Below are positions 27,700 to 36,546 of a stretch of DNA of 64,000 nucleotides, piece by piece (the stretch's first letter is position 1; the number at the start of each line of letters is the position of its first letter). The notes beneath the pieces were generated by a model. It did no database searches and had not been told where the DNA came from. It saw only the letters and a program-made list of their open reading frames with translations. Made by a program: the position numbers and the translations under genes. The stretch covers positions 27,838 to 91,837 of the forward strand of contig JBCBZT010000033.1 of NCBI GenBank assembly GCA_039815185.1, read 5' to 3'. The DNA is from Cyanobacteria bacterium P01_A01_bin.123. Its GTDB lineage: Bacteria > Cyanobacteriota > Cyanobacteriia > Phormidesmidales > Phormidesmidaceae.

Positions 27700-30357
27700 T
27701 TAACGTCGGTCAGCAGTCCACTGCCCAATGCGGAAGATGACAAACTCTGCCGGATACAGCGGGGCCACACCAATCAGGCAAATCAGTCGACCATTGTCGA
27801 GGTCGTTTTGGGTCATGGTGCTGCGATCGCAGCGGACGAAAAACGCCTCCTCGACTTTGGTGCCGGCGAGATGCCCTTCTTTCCACTCATTTGCTAAGAA
27901 ACTCTCGATAGTGCGGCGAATATTGGCCCACAGGCGTTCGCCATTGGGTTCAAACACCGCCCACTGCGTCGAGTGATCGATGGAGGCTTCCAGGAAGGCA
28001 AAGTAGCGCCGAATATTCAGATACTTCCACTCCGGATCGGAGCTGATGGTACGGGCGCCCCACACCCGAATACCGCGCCCTTCAAAAAAGCGAATGCAGT
28101 TAATACCGAGGGGATTCAGCACATCCTGCTGCGCCTTATTGATCAGCACTTCTATCCCAATAGCATTGCGCACCACCTCATTCGCGGGCGCTTTGTGAAC
28201 CCCAATTTCCACATCGTTGCGGGCATAGATCCCTGCCATGAAGCCACTGGGGGGAAGGCTCAGATCCTGATTGGTAATCGGGTCGTTAATGATCACCCAG
28301 GGATAGTAGAGGGCGGCACGGGTCGTATCCAGCAAGGCCCGATATTCCCGCACCCCGGATAGCGCGAGGTTATCGGGACTATCCAGCGCCGCCACCCGAT
28401 AGCGCATCCGTTCACAGTGGTTGATCAGATGTTGACTAATGGCCACGATTTGGCTTTCGCGAGTACCCCAGTTATAGGAATAGCCGGGAGCCGCCACGAT
28501 CGCGATTTCTTCCAGATCTTCGAGGGACTTCAGACCACTCTTGGTCGGCGAGCTGTCATCTCCTCGGCCCTCATAGCTCGACGGTGGCGGCGGGTTGCCA
28601 TCATTGCCCCCCGCTAAAACATAGGAGCTGGTGTGAGACAGCAGCAGGACAGTATCGTCATCTTCGGAGGTGGGCCAATCAGCCAATCCCAGCAGGTTGG
28701 CGGCCAACTGCACATTTGTCACGGTACTGCCGCTGCGATTCTGGAGCATGATAGGCGTCTCCAGTTCCTGAATCCGATTGGCAATATCTATGCCAAAGAC
28801 CTGAGTTGCACTATCTCGCAGTCGCTCTGGCAAGTCCGATATCGTGAGACCTTCCCAGAGCAGAGGTTGGGCAAACTTGCCGGGCGGCATCACCTCGACG
28901 GTGAGGGTGAGGGGGATGACGCGATCGCTGCCCGGTACCAGGCTACTCAGGGGCAGTTCGCTGCCGGTCGTGGGGGTGAAGCTCCAGGTGCCCGCGTCTC
29001 GAGCAGCACTGTAGATGAGAGGCGGGCTACCACCGGGGCGCGCAATCACCACCAAATCACCATGGCGGAGCTGAACGACGGGACCGCTGGCCCCCATCAT
29101 GAGCACATTAGCCCCCAGCCGTCCCGTGACGAGAATCGTGGCATTCCCCGCTACTCCTGGAAAACGCGCCACCCAATCACTGTCGGCGGCCGCGATCGCC
29201 AGCAGGCGCTCAATAGTGGCCCGTTCGGCAGCATCACGAATGGGGATAATCACGTTGCCGGACTCCGTGACCACCTCAGTGGATTCAGTCCGTAAGTCTG
29301 TGATCGCAGTAACGGCATCTGTGACCGTCGTGGGGTCAGTGCTGGAAATCGCCCCCAGGGCATCCAGAACCAGGGCTGACGGGGCCGTGGTCGGATCGCC
29401 GGGCGTCAAATCGGCGGCTACCGTGGTGACCCCCGTCGCGGCTACCACTGCCCCATTCCCCAACGACTCCAGGTTTGCCAAATCGGAGGTTTCGGTATCT
29501 AAATCAGCTGTTTCTCCGTCGTCTACGCCATCCCCATAGGCCGCGCCGACGTTGACTTGGGCGGTGGCGGCATCATCCAGGGCCGTGGCGATCGCGACCC
29601 ACTCGGTTTCCGCCGTCGTCACGATCGGTTCCCACGTGGTCCAAGCGGTATCCAAGGCATCTAGAGCGGCGGTTTCGGCAGGTGTTGCCCCGGTTCCGAG
29701 CAGGGGGGTGATCCAGCTATCGATTTGATCATGGATATTTGGGTCGGTGCCCACTTCGTAGTCATAGTCAAGCACGAGGGGATCGGCGGCAGCGAGCACG
29801 GCCACCACCGCAGTGATCGCGGGCTGCACCTGTCCCACAGCATAATTAAGCACCGTTAGGGCATTGGCCCGGGCCTGTTGCAGATTGGTAATAGCGGTTC
29901 CTAAGGCCGCGAGCACAGTATTGGTGGCGGTTCTTGCCTGGTCATCCACCGCTCTAATAATCGGCACCGGAGCGGGAAGAGCGGCAATCCCACGTCCTTG
30001 CCGCTCTTCCCGGAGTTGCCGTTCTTCCTCAGTTTCATCTGGGGGACCATCGGGTAAGTCTGGCGAGGCATAGGCCCGCGCAATGTACAGGCGCGAACCA
30101 CCATTGTCAAAGAAGTTGCGCACCGCATGGGCCAAATAGTTGGGCGTGGTAGAACTATCCAGGTATGCCAGCGGATCGAGTCCGCCATAAATGCGCTCAA
30201 ACTGACTGAAACTGGTCATCAGCTCGGGCTCGCCATCCAACGGACCGTAGCGAGTGGCTCCCACAAATCCAGTGGTACTGGTGCCAACCCCCTCAATGGA
30301 TTTTGAGCGGAAGCTGGTTTCTTCGACATAAACACCGGGAGCAAGATATTCCGGCAT
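27700..30357 (-). CDS. Major tail sheath protein with large helical insertion
   Basis: MPEYLAPGVYVEE start; AALYYPW, GVHKAPANE, GINCIRFF, VWGARTI, WAVFEPN, PAEFVIFRIGQ. Confidence 0.96.
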   Translation of the reverse strand: MPEYLAPGVYVEETSFRSKSIEGVGTSTTGFVGATRYGPLDGEPELMTSFSQFERIYGGLDPLAYLDSSTTPNYLAHAVRNFFDNGGSRLYIARAYASPDLPDGPPDETEEERQLREERQGRGIAALPAPVPIIRAVDDQARTATNTVLAALGTAITNLQQARANALTVLNYAVGQVQPAITAVVAVLAAADPLVLDYDYEVGTDPNIHDQIDSWITPLLGTGATPAETAALDALDTAWTTWEPIVTTAETEWVAIATALDDAATAQVNVGAAYGDGVDDGETADLDTETSDLANLESLGNGAVVAATGVTTVAADLTPGDPTTAPSALVLDALGAISSTDPTTVTDAVTAITDLRTESTEVVTESGNVIIPIRDAAERATIERLLAIAAADSDWVARFPGVAGNATILVTGRLGANVLMMGASGPVVQLRHGDLVVIARPGGSPPLIYSAARDAGTWSFTPTTGSELPLSSLVPGSDRVIPLTLTVEVMPPGKFAQPLLWEGLTISDLPERLRDSATQVFGIDIANRIQELETPIMLQNRSGSTVTNVQLAANLLGLADWPTSEDDDTVLLLSHTSSYVLAGGNDGNPPPPSSYEGRGDDSSPTKSGLKSLEDLEEIAIVAAPGYSYNWGTRESQIVAISQHLINHCERMRYRVAALDSPDNLALSGVREYRALLDTTRAALYYPWVIINDPITNQDLSLPPSGFMAGIYARNDVEIGVHKAPANEVVRNAIGIEVLINKAQQDVLNPLGINCIRFFEGRGIRVWGARTISSDPEWKYLNIRRYFAFLEASIDHSTQWAVFEPNGERLWANIRRTIESFLANEWKEGHLAGTKVEEAFFVRCDRSTMTQNDLDNGRLICLIGVAPLYPAEFVIFRIGQWTADRR

Positions 30358-30420
30358 GGGCTACTCTCCTTGTGCGACAGTGATGGAGTTCTGGGGGGGG
30401 GTGACACCCTGGGCAAACCG

Positions 30421-31359
30421 CTAGGTTTGCCCAATTCGCAGAACCGATTCCAGCTCTGCATCTGGCCCTGGCCCCAGGGCCGTTCGCAAAATTAGGGGCT
30501 CACCAAACCGCAGCGGCAGGGTTAAGGTGGCCTGGGACTGCAGCGCGGGCGGATCGTTCGTTGTCCAAACCGTACCGATCGCGGCAGCGGGTTGCGCGAG
30601 CAACGCTTCTAAATTCGGCACTGGGCTGCCCGGCAAGCGAGCGGGGTTGAGGCTATACCGCACGGTGATCGCCAAAGTGAATTCCTGCTGACTCAAGGGC
30701 GGATAGGGAGTCCCCGCTGTCACGGGCTCAGGCACGGCAGGATAGGGCACTGGCAGCGCCAAAATCCCCTGCGCGTCGGCCAGGCCGTAGTGGTCGAAGG
30801 TGGCATCGGGCGGTGAGTCCGCTGACTGCACACGCACCAAGGCATGGGCTGCTGGCGTGGTGCCTTCCCCGAGAACCAACTGCGCCCGAATCATGGCCCG
30901 TCCCGGAGGTACCGGACGCATTGGGCTAGACCAGAGTTGAATCCCTAGAGCCTTGTCAGGATCCAAGTTGGGTTGCAGCAGGGGAATGCTCAGCCACTCC
31001 CCCTGACCCTTAAACACACCGCGAAAGGGCGATCGCGCCACGAAAGAAACTGGCAAGTAGCGCGATCGCCGATCCACCATATCGATAACAACCAATTGCT
31101 CCGGCGGCAGCGTATCCCAGAGTTCAGGAGTATCCGCTGCCAGGGTTTCGCTATCGGTTAGGCCAAAGAAGGCGATCGTGCCACTGGGAGTACTTTGCCC
31201 GGCAACCGATTTGCCGAGGCGTTGCGTGCGATCGGTACTCAGGCGCTGCACCGTCACTTGCAAACCATCTGCCACAATGTCATGGGTTAGTCGATCCCAA
31301 AAACGCACCCCCAACAGGGTTCGAGTTTGATGGCGTTCTAGCGAAATGAGTTTCATCAT
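30421..31359 (-). CDS. eCIS accessory protein (carboxypeptidase regulatory-like beta-sandwich; possible cap partner)
   Basis: Between DUF4255 and sheath, overlaps the DUF4255 stop by 4 nt; LGVRFWD and YGLADAQG motifs. Confidence 0.65.
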   Translation of the reverse strand: MMKLISLERHQTRTLLGVRFWDRLTHDIVADGLQVTVQRLSTDRTQRLGKSVAGQSTPSGTIAFFGLTDSETLAADTPELWDTLPPEQLVVIDMVDRRSRYLPVSFVARSPFRGVFKGQGEWLSIPLLQPNLDPDKALGIQLWSSPMRPVPPGRAMIRAQLVLGEGTTPAAHALVRVQSADSPPDATFDHYGLADAQGILALPVPYPAVPEPVTAGTPYPPLSQQEFTLAITVRYSLNPARLPGSPVPNLEALLAQPAAAIGTVWTTNDPPALQSQATLTLPLRFGEPLILRTALGPGPDAELESVLRIGQT

Positions 31360-32000
31360 CGGGCAACCTCCAAGCGCTGCATATCAGCCGTGCGCACTTG
31401 GACGGGCTCACTCGTGCCCCGGATTTGCCGAGACGCCAGCAGCAAGTTCCGCACCAAGTAAGGAATCGTAATCTGGTAATGTAGTTCTCCGTTACCTAGC
31501 GTGTCCCATAATTGCAAAAGCTCTTCGCCATTCATCTCACTCAGCACTAACTCAACCGCTTCCGACTCGTCAAAAATGGGGGTACTGCTATTGATATTGA
31601 GCACCGAGGCGGGAATCAGAGGGTAATCCTCCAAGGTCCGCATCACCCAACCAACCAAGCGGTTTTGGGTACTGGCGCTCTCGCCCCAAATGGTGATCAA
31701 TAGATACAAATCCAATGGCAAGCTGGCATAATGCCGTCGCCCGTCCGGCAACAAGGCCCCGCTGGGGGTTCGATGAGAGAGGTTAGGCAAGGCCCGATAC
31801 AAAAACACGGAGGCCCCCGAACTAATGCGACCACTGGCATTGCCATTAGAATTGGGATTTGCAAAGTCCGTCGGCTGATAGACCGCAAACGTAGGATTGA
31901 TTTCATCAAACCCCAACTCAACAAGTTGCTCCGCCATCGCCGCTTGCAAAATATGCACAATGGCGGAGCACACTGCATGCACAGCATCAGTGGTAGCCAT
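31356..32000 (-). CDS. DUF4255 / Afp16-Pvc16-like cap protein
   Basis: SVFLYR, LPLDLYLLITIW, LVGWVMRTLEDYP, LLQLWDTL; first gene of the eCIS operon. Confidence 0.9.
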   Translation of the reverse strand: MATTDAVHAVCSAIVHILQAAMAEQLVELGFDEINPTFAVYQPTDFANPNSNGNASGRISSGASVFLYRALPNLSHRTPSGALLPDGRRHYASLPLDLYLLITIWGESASTQNRLVGWVMRTLEDYPLIPASVLNINSSTPIFDESEAVELVLSEMNGEELLQLWDTLGNGELHYQITIPYLVRNLLLASRQIRGTSEPVQVRTADMQRLEVAR

Positions 32001-32455
32001 AATTAACCTTAGGCAATAAGCTCATCGAAATCCAAATCTCCTCAGAAGAAGAATCGCAATCAACTATGCAAAAACACTGGAAACCACCAGCTACCCAAAG
32101 CAGCCCTATAAGACTCAATTGAAAATCAATAGCAAATCAACTTTATTTCCTGATAAACCCTAATATCAGGAAAATTCATTGCTCTTATGTTCCAGAGCTA
32201 CCTTAGGCAAAAGATCTAAGGAAGAGGAAGTCGTGAGCATTGCTATGAGCTGCCAAATACAGAAGCAGAAAATCTACGGACAAAGGAGTGTATTTTGAAC
32301 AGATATAGCCTATCGCTTTCTACGCAGTCTTAATGACCCTAACTGCGCAACACAAGAAGGAGTGTAAGCGTTTTACTTTGATCTGCTATGACGAGTGGAG
32401 CTTTCCCTTTGAGTATCAATTCTAAAGGGGGCGAACAAGGATGAATTACTGAATT

Positions 32456-32495
32456 TACAATCTGTATCCATTCCTACAATCTGTATCCATTCCTA
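32456..32495. repeat. Perfect 19-bp tandem duplication upstream of the eCIS operon
   Basis: TACAATCTGTATCCATTCC x2. Confidence 0.85.
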
Positions 32496-32597
32496 TAGAA
32501 TCCATTTGGGGGATTTTGTTGCAAAAACAGGACTTAGATCGTTTGATGGGAGGGCTGATCGCATCTCCCCCCAATGTCTACTTCACCCCCCTTCAAG

Positions 32598-32825
32598 TGA
32601 AAGTGTCAGATCTGAGTCGCCAAAATAGAGTGCTGGTAGGATAGAGGATACCTTTAAGCCTTGCTCTGTATACCTTCTATGGATTGCCCTCACTGTCAAT
32701 CGACCCGCATTTCGGTTCTACAACGTCAGACCAGCTTGGGCTATGCCATGTTTCAGTGTAAGGTGCATCGGCGAACCTACAATGAGCGTACGGGCCACCC
32801 TTTCAATTTTATTGAAGTCCCAACA
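32598..32825 (+). mobile_element. Truncated IS (IS6-like transposase with N-terminal Zn ribbon), 5' fragment
   Basis: ATG at 32679: MDCPHCQSTRISVLQRQTSLGYAMFQCKVHRRTYNERTGHPFNFIEVPT, cut by the following IS6. Confidence 0.75.
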
Positions 32826-33666
32826 GGTTCTGTCGCAAAAATAATTGGGTGGAGAGCTTAGAGGGTATAGTGTTTCAGCTCATCCCTTCGCCCTAAGTTC
32901 ATGCCCAAACCGTCCCCGTTCAAATGAAAGCACTATCAAGCTGAAATTATCCTGCTCAATGTGCATTGGTATTGCCACTATCCGTTGAGTTATCGGCAAC
33001 TCGAAGAGATGATGCAGACGCGGGGCTTAACAGTTGACCACAGCACGATCCATCGTTGGGTGTTGCAATATGGTCGTGAGTTGAATCGGCGTTGTCGCCG
33101 TCATCTTCAACCCACGAATGACTCATGGCGGGTGGATGAAACGTACATTGAAGTCAAAGGTGAATGGAAATATCTCTACCGAGCGGTGGATTCCAGTGGT
33201 CAAACCCTGGACTTTATGCTCAGTGCCAAACGCGATGCTAAAGCAGCCAAGCGGTTTCTCAAGAAGGTTCTCAACGCTTCGCATACGAAAACTCCCCGTG
33301 TGATCAATGTCGATAAACATGCCGCTTATCCGGCTGCAGTCCGAGAACTCAAAGCGGAGCAAGCCCTGCCTCTGGCCACCAAGCTGCGACCCAGCAAATA
33401 CCTTAATAATCTTGTGGAGCAAGACCATCGCAACATCAAACGCTTGGTCAAGCCGGGATTGGGCTTTGGCTCATTCCAGACCGCTTGGCGGACGCTCCAA
33501 GGTTATGAGGCGATGGCTATGATCCGCAAAGGTCAGATCCAAGCTGTCGAGCGTAACGATATCACAGGACAGATCTCTTTCATCCATCACCTCTTTGGTC
33601 TAACAGCGTAATAGGTAAAACATATGATGGCGTTGTTATAGCCTTGCCGCTCTTTGCGACAGAACC
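32826..33666 (+). mobile_element. IS6-family insertion sequence (841 bp)
   Basis: Perfect 14-bp terminal inverted repeats GGTTCTGTCGCAAA (32826-32839) / TTTGCGACAGAACC (33653-33666); no target duplication visible. Confidence 0.93.
32901..33611 (+). pseudogene. IS6 transposase with a nonsense codon at position 9
   Basis: MPKPSPFK*KHYQAEII (TGA at 32925 where FKW is expected); DDE motifs WRVDETY, INVDK, NNLVEQDH. Confidence 0.85.
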
Positions 33667-33670
33667 CTAT

Positions 33671-36400
33671 TTATAACCAGTTACCGACCAAAATTAATGG
33701 TGCCCAATTACCGGGATTAGCATTTGGCTGGATAGCAGCAATCTGAGCCGCTTGAAGTGCTTGGGCTTTGTTAAGCTCAGAATTCTTCAAACCTTCATAG
33801 AAAGTACTGATAATTTCGGCGGTAGTGGCATCGTCAATGAGCCATAGAGATGCGATCGCGCTTCTGGCTCCAGCGCGAATAGCGACGCCTGCTAACCCTA
33901 GGGTTGAGCGATCATCGCCCACACCTGTTTCACAGGCCGTTAAGGTGATTAGCTCAATTGGACCAGTGTTCGACGAGTTTTCTCGAATCAACGCTTCCAA
34001 TGCGCCAAAGGTAAGCCTTTCCCCTTCACCTGTCACAATGAAAGTGTTATCAGGATCAGCACTAAATTGGCCATGGGTAGCAATGTGCAAGATGGGATAG
34101 CTGTTTCCGGCTAACGCCGTGGCCAAATTGTTACGGGTGAATGCTTCATTGAGCAGCGGTTGTGGACTGCCAGAAAATGTCCCACTGACCTGTGCAACTT
34201 CGTTTGGGACATTGGGTAAAGGATCATAGCAACGGTTACCCACTTGCTCACAAACACGCTCACTAAGACCAACGGTTAGCACGCTTAAGCCTTCTGGATT
34301 TAAGGGTTTAGGATCGGTCAGCGTTAAGGATGGGGTAGTTGCGATCGCGAATTTTTCGATCAGATATTGATTGCCATCCCACAGGGCTGCCATGGGAATG
34401 CTGCGGAGAATACCATCTTGGATAAAGACAAGGGTGTCAACTTGAGCGTTTTGTAGTTCTATCTCAAAGGGTTTAATGATCCACTGGTAGAGCTGTTTGG
34501 CAAAGTTGTTGTCGTAGGTTAGGTCGTAGGACTTTTCTAAACCCTCAAGGTATTGGTTAACGGTTTGTCTCAAAATTTCGTTGTCCGTCTCAATCCACGC
34601 CAGCTCTGGGGAAGCATCTGGCAAGTTTAGGATCAAGGCTGTTCTTTTATCAAAGATAATGGAACTAATGACGGCAGAGGTGCTGTTTTGATTCACTAAA
34701 CCCACTACCCGCTCTTGCTGGAGCGGACTAAGTAGACAGTCATCTCCAAAATAGTTTTGCAGTTCGGCCAATTTGAGCGCATCAGCCGTATTCAGAACGC
34801 CATCTAAACTCTCAAGCAAAACATCTTGGGAATCTGTAGTCGTTTCATCAAATTGCTTGAGCACTGTCGTCTCTTCCACCAACTGGAGTTGGAGTTTGAT
34901 CATCGTGCGATAAAGCGGTTCAACTGAGTCGCGAAAGTCAAATTGTAGATCCTGGGCCGCCGTCAAAATATCGTCACGAATGGTCTCTAGTGTTTTAATA
35001 GCTTGGTTGTAGGTTTCTAGCGCTTTGGTGAGCTCTCCTTGGGTTTCATAAATCCGCCCTGCTTGCCATTGCCAGAGATACTCACTATCGGCAGAGGTTA
35101 AGGCTTCACTAGCTTGCCACTCAGCCTTTTGAGAGAGATCAAGGGCGCGAGCCAAGAAGGTCTCTCCACGACACTCATCGAGATGGCCAAGCTGCCCAGT
35201 TGCGAAAGACTGGGCCCGAAAGTCGTTGATATTAACCGCAATGTCCTGTGCCTTTTCTAGCCAGGTTTGGACTTGGACTTCACTACCGGCAATAAAGCAA
35301 CTAAAGGGCGCTAGGTCTTGCTGGTAAGACTTAGCCAAGGCGATCGCAGCATAAGCCGTTTCGCGGGATTCAGGAACTTGCAGCAGCAGTTGGCTCAGTC
35401 GCTGCTGGGTCGGTGCCAAATTTGAACCAGAAACTCCTCTGCGGTAAAGCTTCAGTAGGTTGAGGTGAGTGCGGATCTCACCGACTAAATCGTTGTGGTG
35501 TTGAGCCAGTGTGAGTGCCTCGTTTAGGTGGGCGATCGCGGTTTGAAATTGCCCATCCCCCTCTGCTCGAAAGCTTTGTGCAGAACGGCTAAAAGTCAAA
35601 TTTTCGGCAGACTCTGCCCGTTGATAATTAACCAAGGCTCTTCTGCCATAGGTGTTACCCAGGCTATTCAACATGGGAATTTGGTAAGTCGCTAGAGCAG
35701 GATCTTGTCTAGCCAGATATAACCCTTCAGAGAGGACAGTCAGGGCCACCTCATAATCTCCTTTGAGACGATAGGCATCGCCTAAACTGCCAAGGGCTGC
35801 CACTTCACCTTCTAAATCTTGAGCTGCAACTGCAATGGGGTAAGCACCATCTACAGTGCAGTTTTGGATAATCGCTTCAAGGGTAATGATTTCAGCTTCG
35901 ACATCAGAATCAAGGGGCAGACAGAGTAGGGCAATGGCGCGTCGATATTGCCCCAGGTTGGTATAAATTTGGGCCTGTTCAGTTTGGATGCGTCCCGCTC
36001 TAGCGAGCATGGCGAGCTCGTGGTAAATATCGGCTGCATTGTTTAAGTAAGACAGCGCTGTCTCTGTCTGCCCCAATTGTTGATGAGCTTTGGCCAAATT
36101 AGTTTGAATAATCGCGGCTTGTTCAGAATTTCTGTCGCCATCAGAATAGGCAGCTAAGGCGTTTTGCCAACACGCTATGGCAGCTCGATAGTGCCCCTCG
36201 TCGTAAGCATCAACACCACCTTGTACAAGTTCAGCCGACATTGATGTCTGTGCAACTGCACACACAGAATCGGTTGGTGATGCCTGGGTTGGTAATGCCT
36301 GGGAAGGCAGACGATTTAACCCGAGGGTAAGGAGCAGACTAACGACAAAGCAAGCTGTAAGGAGCAAGCATCGAGTAGATCGCCACCAAAGCGTTTGCAT
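33671..36400 (-). CDS. Exported TPR + CHAT (caspase-like) domain protein
   Basis: N-terminal signal/TM segment, TPR helices, intact LHIATHG and LTACETG catalytic motifs, SLWLIDD, WAPLILVGNWL end. Confidence 0.93.
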   Translation of the reverse strand: MQTLWWRSTRCLLLTACFVVSLLLTLGLNRLPSQALPTQASPTDSVCAVAQTSMSAELVQGGVDAYDEGHYRAAIACWQNALAAYSDGDRNSEQAAIIQTNLAKAHQQLGQTETALSYLNNAADIYHELAMLARAGRIQTEQAQIYTNLGQYRRAIALLCLPLDSDVEAEIITLEAIIQNCTVDGAYPIAVAAQDLEGEVAALGSLGDAYRLKGDYEVALTVLSEGLYLARQDPALATYQIPMLNSLGNTYGRRALVNYQRAESAENLTFSRSAQSFRAEGDGQFQTAIAHLNEALTLAQHHNDLVGEIRTHLNLLKLYRRGVSGSNLAPTQQRLSQLLLQVPESRETAYAAIALAKSYQQDLAPFSCFIAGSEVQVQTWLEKAQDIAVNINDFRAQSFATGQLGHLDECRGETFLARALDLSQKAEWQASEALTSADSEYLWQWQAGRIYETQGELTKALETYNQAIKTLETIRDDILTAAQDLQFDFRDSVEPLYRTMIKLQLQLVEETTVLKQFDETTTDSQDVLLESLDGVLNTADALKLAELQNYFGDDCLLSPLQQERVVGLVNQNSTSAVISSIIFDKRTALILNLPDASPELAWIETDNEILRQTVNQYLEGLEKSYDLTYDNNFAKQLYQWIIKPFEIELQNAQVDTLVFIQDGILRSIPMAALWDGNQYLIEKFAIATTPSLTLTDPKPLNPEGLSVLTVGLSERVCEQVGNRCYDPLPNVPNEVAQVSGTFSGSPQPLLNEAFTRNNLATALAGNSYPILHIATHGQFSADPDNTFIVTGEGERLTFGALEALIRENSSNTGPIELITLTACETGVGDDRSTLGLAGVAIRAGARSAIASLWLIDDATTAEIISTFYEGLKNSELNKAQALQAAQIAAIQPNANPGNWAPLILVGNWL

Positions 36401-36546
36401 CGAAATATTACCCGGTGAGGAAGTTGGCAGATTTTCAGCAGAAATACCGATATAAAAATAGACAGGTTTTACAATCGAAACTGCTCATCAGCGTACCAAA
36501 CGGATCTTGAGCACAGGCAATAGTTTTCAGTTTTGTAAAGGTTGTA

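Noticed and set aside
1043..30073. Many long plus-strand ORFs (e.g. 1043-1867, 7003-7803, 12773-13858, 28633-29295)
   Set aside because: Antisense shadows of GC-rich minus-strand eCIS genes; no recognisable motifs
13830..30357. Prophage or T6SS interpretation of the tail genes
   Set aside because: No capsid, portal, terminase, integrase or TssJLM/ClpV genes; DUF4255, Afp15-type ATPase and DUF4157 point to eCIS
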